From: Eledone cirrhosa
Lineage: Eukaryota
Direction: 5' to 3'
Length of the DNA: 64,000 nt
Assembly: GCA_964016885.1 (NCBI GenBank)
Contig: OZ024740.1
Coordinates: 198,462,001-198,526,000 of the forward strand
Translations under genes and position numbers: made by a program
Part shown: piece after piece, positions 53,479 to 64,000 of the stretch
Layout: every line of letters starts with the position of its first letter
Numbering within the stretch: the first letter of the stretch is position 1
The notes under the pieces: model-generated
What the model was told of the DNA's origin: nothing
The model's database searches: none
What the model saw: the letters and a program-made list of their open reading frames with translations, nothing else

Positions 53479-53784
53479 AATAATAATAATAAAAGTGATG
53501 TTGATGGTGATGATTAATAGAAAATGCTATTTTCATCATTTCAAAAAGCAAAACAATTGATACGTTGGGTATGACTATTGGTCGTTAGCATGCTCAACCA
53601 GCCGTGACGCTTAAACCAATCAGCTGTAGTAATTCAGTGAAACTACACACTGATTGGTTGAAATACAGTTTACAGGGCTTTGCATTCTGGAGCCACTTTT
53701 CTCTGTATAAAATGTATAAAAGGTAGGAAATTTACCCATCTCATTACAGTTGAAAATTGCAAACTCGACTGTCACCACATATCA

Positions 53785-53823
53785 TGAACATGAAGATTGC
53801 GAAAGCATGAAAGTACTTGTTCA
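53785..53823 (+). ncRNA. Hammerhead in the 3' pLTR with a C3-to-A core substitution
   Basis: TGAAC-ATGAAGA-TTGCGAAAGCAT-GAAA-GTAC-TT-GTTCA; upstream CCAAT boxes and TATAAAA. Confidence 0.75.
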
Positions 53824-53987
53824 ATTAACACTTAGAATTTAATATTCTATCATACTATTTCATTATAATACCATTATATATATTTTAAAGGATTGTAAAT
53901 AAAACGAGTAAATCAGACAAAGTTGGAATTCCTCTTATTAATATAATCTTCTATACACAATCATACACACCCGTGTATATTTACCTA

Positions 53988-54040
<53 letters not shown>

Positions 54041-54178
54041 AAATATATTATTTATTATTGACTAAAGTAACTGGAGGCCGGACTGGTACAATTCCTTCAA
54101 AGTTTCATAGTTGCAAACATTGTATATATTTTAGTGGCCAGGTTACTGGTGACATCATCACGTGTATATTGCATACTA

Positions 54179-54254
<76 letters not shown>

Positions 54255-54470
54255 TAGCGAGAATCTTATTTAGGCTATTGGAAATTAGTGAAAAACAGCT
54301 TCCGAGATGTGTGGCAAGCGTTCAATGGATTCTAACGAACCAGAGCTACAATATACGTTAAAAGGCCAAACACACTGAGACGATGGTTAAACCATTATCC
54401 AAACAGCCATAGAAACGACCAAGTAATTCGGGTCAAACAAATAACAAAATATGATTGAAAAATTTGATTG

Positions 54471-54510
<40 letters not shown>

Positions 54511-54635
54511 TATATAAATATTGTATATGTATATATATATTATATATATATATAGTGTATATATATATTGTATATATATATATACATAGCACATATATAT
54601 ACTATATATACATATATAAATGTATATATATATTT

Positions 54636-54729
<94 letters not shown>

Positions 54730-54815
54730 TATATATATATATATTGGCAACATGACCCTCCCAAAGTATAACAATATATATATAATATATTTTATATGTA
54801 CATATATATATATAG

Positions 54816-54847
<32 letters not shown>

Positions 54848-55007
54848 GTATATATATGTATAGTATATATATATATATATATATAGTATATATATGTATA
54901 GTATATATATATATATATATATATGACGTATATATATATATATATTTTATATATATAGATATATATAGTATATATATATATGTATATATAGTATATATAT
55001 ATATATA

Positions 55008-55610
<603 letters not shown>

Positions 55611-55614
55611 TTAT

Positions 55615-56400
55615 TTGATACTTCTGTACTTTCAGAGTTCGAATTCCTCCTGCTTCTGTCGCGAGTTAGAAGAAGCAATTAGTATCAGCCATGGAGAGAC
55701 CTATGGAGTCTTAATGTATTTGGTCTGATTTATCGATTGGAGATTTTAATTTCCATATTCCAAATATTCCATGCATGGAAAAATACAAAATGCAACGGTA
55801 AGACGTGTTTAAACAAAATCAAACACATTTTAATCAATTACATAACAATAATGCGTGACATAATGAGATCGTAATAGTCAAAGATGCGTAGCAAAATGAT
55901 GTAAAAACCAATGATACATAACATAATGACGGGATGATTACGTTGACTAATAAGTCATTTAATGGACATGAGAGCAGATATAGCAGACACCAAAAATCAA
56001 CAACATCCATATCGCTTAAAATTCTGCATTGTTCATCTTCACTGTAGACACCACAAGCTGTTGACTTGAAAACGCTGATTAAACAATGAATATTTAACAT
56101 GTTAGTATAATCGAACTTCAATGTCTACGATAAATCAAAGCATGTCGTTGGACCTACGTCGGTTCTGAACGTCCAACTTGTGAATTAAATATGCCAATAA
56201 CTGAGCATCCCATAGACCGGGGTGAACTAATTGTATGTCTAACCCTTCCTTGCGAATGGCTCTGCGGATAGCTGTGGTTATGTTTTCACTGAAGTGTTGT
56301 ACTTTCACAAAGCAGGCGTTATAGAAGGTATTATGCCTATCGGCGTCTTCGATTCCTAAGACGATTTACTGTCGATGTTGGATATAATAATTGTCATGAT
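55615..56400 (-). mobile_element. Possible highly decayed CR1/L2-like LINE fragment
   Basis: Only weak motif resemblance on the minus strand; many stops. Confidence 0.25.
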
Positions 56401-56673
56401 AATAAATGCCATTCTCTTCTACATTTACTAACCGCCAAAACTAGTGTATATCCATCTCCTTATATTATCTGTGATTATTTATCAGCGCAGCTACTATGTG
56501 ATGTATTTACATATATGAGTATGCATTTATATTTATATTTACATGCATATACTATTCTTATTACCCTGGAACACAACCCAATGAGAGACTCCGAAAGAGC
56601 ATCGATTGCTTCGACCAGTATCGCCGCTACTAACCATAAGTTACTCACATAATAACATATGTATATATATATG

Positions 56674-56755
<82 letters not shown>

Positions 56756-57739
56756 GTAAATAAATAAAACCGTTTTGGTATAGCCGACCATGTTATTCTT
56801 CATTCTTTCACTATTATTACTCCAAGAATCACCTACATGGGAATTCTCGTAAACTCGCTACCTAACTAAGGAAACTTCTTGTTGAGTCAAACAACGCCGT
56901 ACGTTAAAACTATCCATAGTACAGAGTACTCACAACCTCTAACGGGATTACCTTAAACGATAGCTTGTTATCCTATATATATATATATATATATATATAG
57001 AAAGATTTGAATGGATAGAGTTTAGTTGAAAGGAATTTATTGACACGTGTTTCTATAACAGTTACATAACCTAAAACAGCTATCTACAAACTTTTAGTTA
57101 TGCAGACATTCAATATTTCAATGTTATTATTTACTGTCATTTCATCAGAATAATATTACTGAGGACCTATTTAGTTTTTATAGAGAATATTAGGAGGGAG
57201 GGGTGAAGTTGTTAGAAGAATAGTTGAAGGAGTGGTTTTTCGATAGCAGTGAGAATTCTTGGTGGCAGTGAGTAATTAGATTCCCATCTGTTGTTTTGAC
57301 ATTTTTTATAGAATATATTATTGGTTATTTTTCTAAATCTATAGAAGGATTAGAGATAGTGAAGATATGCGTGGTTGGTTTTGTGTTTGCACTTAATTAA
57401 CATTCAGACTTAAATTTTTCTTTCAAGTGTACGTATCCTTTCACCCACGCATTCACACACAAATATATTTGCACACCTCTACAAAATACATATACACACA
57501 ATTCACATATTCATACTTACATATATATACACATGCATACACATATATATACACACATGTATTCATGTACATACATACGCGCTCATGTGTATACATTTTC
57601 ATACTCAACTTATCTTTATATACACACGTATAGACACACACATATATACATACATACTCTAGTCCATGTGTACACACATACACATACATACACATCCATA
57701 TACACATATATACATACACATATATACATACATATATAC

Positions 57740-57777
<38 letters not shown>

Positions 57778-58099
57778 GCATACATACACAAACATACATA
57801 TACACACATATACATATATATATATATATAAGCACTTTAATACATGAATACACTTACATCTAACTATACACATCAAACATATATATATATTTACTTATTT
57901 ATATACATTTTCACATATATATACATACTTATGGACGTTTTTAGACACATTCATTATCGCATATTTGTACCTATTCTCATCAGCATATCTTGTCATTATT
58001 AGTATGGTAATTTAAGGTTATTAATATATGTTGAGAAGAGATTGTTTTTATATTTTTCTAACTAGATTAAGGTTTATATAGTTGGGGGATGTCCCTCTT

Positions 58100-59053
58100 T
58101 TATGTAATATTCGGCTTGTAGTGGGAAAAAAGGGTTTTAGTTCTGTGACGGCAGAATAATGTTCGTTCAATTCTGTTATTCAGCAGTTTCTTCTTGTGTG
58201 TGATTATGTAATAAATCTCAAGATTACACAATTTGCAGAAATTTTGGCTCCTGGAAAAGCTTTGGGTTTTAGCTAATTTTTCCCATTTTAGGGTAAACTT
58301 TTGATCGCTATCCCTGAGCGTCCAAGCTTTTTCTGCTAGAGTTGTTACATTTCTTTGGCTCTGGTGTTTTATTGAGTAAGAATGCCTATACAATCGAGAT
58401 TTAAACGATGTTGCCGTTGATCCCACGTAATACCACTCGTTGCCTCCGGATTTAATGGTACACTTATAAATAATATTTTTTTCCAGGCAGTTATTGCCGA
58501 GGGGGCAGTTGTCAGGATAGGTGCAGTTACAGTTGTGTACGTTGGGTTTTCTCTGGAGTAGTATTGCGGACGAACTTAGGTGTGGTTTATTTATGTTCTG
58601 TAGTGTATTGTCTACTGTTTTTTTTGTGTTCTTTGTACTTAAGTTCTTAGTGTTTTCGTTTAACCTTCTAGTATTGATCTTTTTTATGTGTTGTTCAAGG
58701 TTAAACGCTGTAGAGTATGACAGTCTTATAGTGGTAGGGTTTAGGATTTTGTGGTATTTGTGTGATGTGGGAAAATGTCTTTTAATTATTTTAAAGAAGA
58801 GTACTGGTAAATTTGTACTAATGGAGCTATTGTATTCGGGGTTATACCATAAGTACTCTTTGCATCGCTTTCTATTAGTTTTGTTTGTTGGTTTACTGGT
58901 GTGCATACTATGGTAGTAAGTGTGGTTTGGTGTTGTGTTATTATATCTACTTATGTGGGATTTATTTTGGGTGTTTTGATTGTTCCCATCTATGTACTCT
59001 ATTTTGTTGAGGTAGCCTGCTTTACTAAGGGCGTTATCGTAGTATATCGGCAA
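58100..59053 (-). CDS. C-terminal part of a PLE polyprotein (thumb/linker + GIY-YIG endonuclease)
   Basis: WYNPEY...TNL, HFPTSHKYHKILN...LSYS, CNC....CPL...CL..NIIYKC...YYVG.T.T.FK.R...H, CKLC, LLN, CRH. Confidence 0.85.
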   Translation of the reverse strand: MPIYYDNALSKAGYLNKIEYIDGNNQNTQNKSHISRYNNTTPNHTYYHSMHTSKPTNKTNRKRCKEYLWYNPEYNSSISTNLPVLFFKIIKRHFPTSHKYHKILNPTTIRLSYSTAFNLEQHIKKINTRRLNENTKNLSTKNTKKTVDNTLQNINKPHLSSSAILLQRKPNVHNCNCTYPDNCPLGNNCLEKNIIYKCTIKSGGNEWYYVGSTATSFKSRLYRHSYSIKHQSQRNVTTLAEKAWTLRDSDQKFTLKWEKLAKTQSFSRSQNFCKLCNLEIYYIITHKKKLLNNRIERTLFCRHRTKTLFSHYKPNIT

Positions 59054-59120
59054 TAACTGCCTGGAAAAAAATATTATTTATAAGTGTACCATTAAATCCG
59101 GAGGCAACGAGTGGTATTAC

Positions 59121-59447
59121 GTGGGATCAACGGCAACATCGTTTAAATCTCGATTGTATAGGCATTCTTACTCAATAAAACACCAGAGCCAAAGAAATGT
59201 AACAACTCTAGCAGAAAAAGCTTGGACGCTCAGGGATAGCGATCAAAAGTTTACCCTAAAATGGGAAAAATTAGCTAAAACCCAAAGCTTTTCCAGGAGC
59301 CAAAATTTCTGCAAATTGTGTAATCTTGAGATTTATTACATAATCACACACAAGAAGAAACTGCTGAATAACAGAATTGAACGAACATTATTCTGCCGTC
59401 ACAGAACTAAAACCCTTTTTTCCCACTACAAGCCGAATATTACATAA
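59121..59447 (+). pseudogene. Inverted duplicate of the GIY-YIG C-terminus
   Basis: Identical to the end of 58100..59053. Confidence 0.85.
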
Positions 59448-59769
59448 AAGAGGGACATCCCCCAACTATATAAACCTTAATCTAGTTAGAAAAATATAAA
59501 AACAATCTCTTCTCAACATATATTAATAACCTTAAATTACCATACTAATAATGACAAGATATGCTGATGAGAATAGGTACAAATATGCGATAATGAATGT
59601 GTCTAAAAACGTCCATAAGTATGTATATATATGTGAAAATGTATATAAATAAGTAAATATATATATATGTTTGATGTGTATAGTTAGATGTAAGTGTATT
59701 CATGTATTAAAGTGCTTATATATATATATATATGTATATGTGTGTATATGTATGTTTGTGTATGTATGC

Positions 59770-59807
<38 letters not shown>

Positions 59808-60393
59808 GTATATATGTATGTATATATGTGTATGTATATATGTGTATATGGATGTGTATGTATGTGTATGTGTGTACACATGGACTAGAGTATGTATGTA
59901 TATATGTGTGTGTCTATACGTGTGTATATAAAGATAAGTTGAGTATGAAAATGTATACACATGAGCGCATATGTATGTACATGAATACATGTGTGTATAT
60001 ATATGTGTATGCATGTGTATATATATGTAAGTATGAATATGTGAATTGTGTGTATATGTATTTTGTAGAGGTGTGCAAATATATTTGTGTGTGAATGCGT
60101 GGGTGAAAGGATACGTACACTTGAAAGAAAAATTTAAGCCTGAATGTTAATTAAGTGCAAACACAAAACCAACCACGCATATCTTCACTATCTCTAATCC
60201 TTCTATAGATTTAGAAAAATAACCAATAATATATTCTATAAAAAATGTCAAAACAACAGATGGGAATCTAATTACTCACTGCCACCAAGAATTCTCACTG
60301 CTATCGAAAAACCACTCCTTCAACTATTCTTCTAACAACTTCACCCCTCCCTCCTAATATTCTCTATAAAAACTAAATAGGTCCTCAGTAATA

Positions 60394-60510
60394 TTATTCT
60401 GATGAAATGACAGTAAATAATAACATTGAAATATTGAATGTCTGCATAACTAAAAGTTTGTAGATAGCTGTTTTAGGTTATGTAACTGTTATAGAAACAC
60501 GTGTCAATAA
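60394..60510 (+). ncRNA. Type I hammerhead fold with a large branched stem II; mirror copy at 57037-57153 on the minus strand
   Basis: TTATT-CTGATGA-A-ATGACAGT...ACTGTTAT-A-GAAA-CACGTG-TC-AATAA; TATAAAA at 60365. Confidence 0.7.
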
Positions 60511-60657
60511 ATTCCTTTCAACTAAACTGTATCCATTCAAATCTTTCTATTTTTCTCCGGATTACTTTTGGAACTACAACTGGAACCGTCGAGCAAACTC
60601 TACGTGAGCTGATAATCTACTGTGTGTAATATTTATATTACAACACAACGGAAAATA

Positions 60658-60701
<44 letters not shown>

Positions 60702-60966
60702 GTTAATAACTCCCTCTGGTCGAGCAATCTTTGAAGTGTGGGGACAGCTGGAAAGCTTCCATTACTCATACTTCTCGCCTCCTTCACCACCTCTTCTACG
60801 GCCTCGATATAAATACCCCCTCCGCCTCCGTGGTATTTTCTTCGGGGTTATAAGAGGCTTAGCTCTGTTTCTCGACCGTTATATCGCGTGACTATCTCCC
60901 CCTCCGCCTTTTGGGATTCTTTCTCACGTCGTGTAGACGCGTTCTTGAGACTAGTAAAATGAGGTA

Positions 60967-61056
60967 TCCTCTTGATAAGTCGGCAGACCTCGCAAGGACT
61001 CTATATCTTTATGATATATTGTTTTTGTTTATGCCACGAAACTACGTAGTCGAGGA
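60967..61056 (+). ncRNA. Type I hammerhead fold with a U3-A8 core, in short element 60700-61125
   Basis: TCCTC-TTGATAA-GT(C)GGCA...TGCCAC-GAAA-CTACGTAG-TC-GAGGA; TATAAATA at ~60808. Confidence 0.75.
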
Positions 61057-61128
61057 ATTTAGAAGCAGTTTAGGTATGATACATTTTATTACTAATTATA
61101 TCTAAATGTTTCTTCTCTCTTCATAATG

Positions 61129-61168
<40 letters not shown>

Positions 61169-61292
61169 AATTAATAAAAACAATGAATAAAAACAAAGAA
61201 CAAGTTCCTTATATTAAAAAATTCATCATTTTAGTTCTTCATTGAGTTCTTCATACGGATTGGACACTACCGTATATTTTGGTAGATTTATC

Positions 61293-61349
<57 letters not shown>

Positions 61350-61353
<4 letters not shown>

Positions 61354-61655
61354 CAGTAGCACTCTGCCCGTTACGACAACGAGAATTCCTGTTGATGCAA
61401 TCAACGGAGCAACCTCCTCGTGAAATTAAGAGTAGTGGACCATTCCACAAACAAGTAATTTCGGCGTAGTTCTCAGGGAGATTCGGCGTGACACAGAATG
61501 TGACAAGGCTGGCCTTTTGAATTACAAGTAAGTCATTTTTGCCACCTGAGTAGAATGGAACAACGTGAAATAAAGTGACTCTCTCAACGACATAGCGCGC
61601 CAAGGGGCAACGAACTTACAACCATACAATCGTGTACCGCACCCTAACCGCAAAG
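61350..61655 (-). mobile_element. tRNA-derived SINE, second family
   Basis: Core GCAACGTGAAATAAAGTG shared with 39055-39140; decayed tRNA head at the right end. Confidence 0.6.
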
Positions 61656-61894
61656 CGTGATGATATGCAGGTATTTATGTATTGCGTACTGTGTACATAA
61701 TTGTTAATTAATTGTTTCTGATTGAGTTATTGTTTACATATTAATGTACACTCATTGCCTGTATAGAAACGACCGTAGATAACAAAAATGGATTTAGCTT
61801 GAACAGCAAGAACGTTAACATTCGGAAGAATATTTGATTATTGTTAATTCGATATATGCATTGAACTTTTCTCACCTTACCAAATGAAGTAGTG

Positions 61895-61947
<53 letters not shown>

Positions 61948-61948
<1 letters not shown>

Positions 61949-62115
61949 GATATTAACAAATGGAAACTATATTTATAAAACCATATAAATATGGTTTTAT
62001 AAATATAGTTTCCATTTGTTAATATCGTATTTTTACTCCAAATATTTGCTGAGTGCTTTATATCAGTTATAAAAATATTTGCTTGTTGTATCCCAACAAT
62101 TTAAATAGAACTATT
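61948..62115. mobile_element. Family C fragment with a hairpin at 61948-62028
   Basis: Matches 21232-21362 and ~32905-33030. Confidence 0.75.
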
Positions 62116-62248
<133 letters not shown>

Positions 62249-62432
62249 TATATATGCATATATATATACATATATATAAATATATGCATTTATATATACA
62301 TATATATATATATATGCATATATATATATATATATATATATATGCATATATATATATACATATATATAAATATATATATATTTATATGCATATATATATA
62401 TATATACACACATACACACACATATATATATA

Positions 62433-63126
62433 AAACTCTACTTCGGAGATTTGATTCTGACTTAGTGTTCTTTCTATCTAATTGCTAACCTGTAGGTGTT
62501 GTTTTCCATACAGTAACGGTTAAACCCACATGTAATAATTCTTTACACACATCTCACTGTGTAACACACTTCTCTCTGTGTAATATAGTTGTATTTGAGC
62601 TCAGTTGAAAATTCTCTGCTCTTCTTTGAGCTAATATTATTATTACTGTGAACTGCGGAATACTCTAATTCCAATCCCTGTATAATTAACTAGCTCCAAA
62701 TTGTTGAGCTAATACATTCGAATGGTTGGGCTGACCTCTCTAGCATTTCCCCAATTTATGAGATCCATTATTTGATGTAAATAACACGTGTTTTCGCCCT
62801 GCTCTGGGCAGCGTGTATATTTGTATTCTCTCTTTCCATTAGGCTGGATGTGTGGCGAGCAATTCCACACTTGCGGACTGAGGAGCCTGTGGTTTTGTGC
62901 GCTACACATTTCAGTGGCTAAACGAAATAGATTCCTATCAGCAAGCTTATAGTTATAAGGTTAGTAATTTGAAACTCTACTTGGGAGATTTTATTCTGAC
63001 TTAGGGTTGTTTCCATCTAATTGCTAACCTGTAGTTGTTGTTTTCCATACAGCAACGGTTAAACGCACATGTAATAATTCTTTACACACATCTCACTGTG
63101 TAACACACTTCTCTCTGTGTAATATA
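62433..63126 (+). mobile_element. Non-coding element bounded by ~155-bp direct repeats, with a hammerhead-like motif at 62870-62945
   Basis: 62433-62587 repeats at 62972-63126; CTGAGGA-GCC...GGC..C-GAAA-TAG/CTA-TC. Confidence 0.65.
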
Positions 63127-63128
63127 TT

Positions 63129-63174
<46 letters not shown>

Positions 63175-63292
63175 TATATATATGTGTGTGTGTGTATATA
63201 TACATGCATATATATATTTATTTATATGTATATATATGTGTATATATATATATATATGCATATATATGTATATATATATATATACATATATA

Positions 63293-63326
<34 letters not shown>

Positions 63327-63400
63327 TATATATATATAAATATATACATGTAAATATATATATATATATATATATGTAAATATATATATATATATATATG

Positions 63401-63499
<99 letters not shown>

Positions 63500-63670
63500 A
63501 TAATAAAGTATGTTTTCCTACGTGCAAAAATTAAAATGCATATAGGGTCACATGTATTATCCAACCTTATGCCAATGTGGTTCTATGGTAGGTTAATAAA
63601 TTAACGAGCCAGAACATATATAATCAAGGTTTAGCAAATAGAGAAAAAGTTTTAAAATAAATTTTAAAAA

Positions 63671-63997
63671 GTTTACTGTACTTGCTATAAGTAGCCTTGC
63701 CGCGCGGTTTCACGTGTTCATAATAAATGGATAATCCATACGGACTCCATTGAGAAGAAGACTTTCGTTAGATGGTCCTTCTCACTCGTAGAATATAAAA
63801 TTCTCGAGTTCAAATCATGGACTGGCGCCATACAGAACTGCACCCGGGTGAGAGTGTATGATAAGGAACAATCTTGTCTAGTGCCAATAGAAGGCAAGGG
63901 CGGAAAGGTCAATGTCCTGCCACCCGTATGGATTATCCTTTTTTTTTTTGAGAATTGAAACCGCGTGGTAGGGGTAATTATAGTAAGTACAGTAAAC
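63671..63997. mobile_element. MITE-like element with ~40-bp imperfect terminal inverted repeats (may extend past the window end)
   Basis: 63671-63711 pairs with 63957-63997; inner inverted repeat 63729-63743 / 63924-63938. Confidence 0.65.
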
Positions 63998-64000
63998 CTT

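Larger units (their letters stand above)
47866..53990 (+). mobile_element. Penelope-like element (Neptune-type), near full length, preceded by an inverted pLTR
   Basis: 47866-49043 is the reverse complement of 52771-53945; RT + GIY-YIG coding region; flanked by (TA)n. Confidence 0.95.
56999..60660. mobile_element. Second Penelope-like element (Naiad-like), two 5'-truncated copies in inverted orientation
   Basis: 56999-58500 is the reverse complement of 59047-60550; GIY-YIG ORFs on both arms; extra tail 60551-60660. Confidence 0.9.

Noticed and set aside
54370-54440. Hammerhead-like CTGAGA...GAAACGACC motif (also CTGATGA on the minus strand near 14525)
   Set aside because: The core is incomplete and there is no convincing stem I or cleavage triplet.

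Overview
AT-rich, microsatellite-dense animal genomic DNA, most likely an octopus (inferred from repeated copies of an Octopus-type tRNA-derived SINE). No host protein-coding gene could be supported; most ORFs in the track are translations of (TA)n/(CA)n/(GA)n runs. The window is almost all retroelements: three Tx1/L1-clade LINE copies, a stack of R4/Dong-clade (restriction-like endonuclease) LINE pieces in (AAT)n, CR1-like relics, tRNA-SINEs, a ~4.3 kb 21-bp minisatellite and two Penelope-like elements (PLEs) in inverted arrangement. The main hidden layers are: (1) a near-intact Neptune-type PLE with two overlapping ORFs and a correctly phased U UUU UUA slippery site, suggesting programmed -1 frameshifting; (2) many families of short non-coding elements embedded in (TA)n, often fold-back palindromes or bounded by direct repeats, that carry type I hammerhead ribozyme folds, including U3-A8 and A4 core variants and a branched stem II. 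All RNA structures were folded by eye and are untested.
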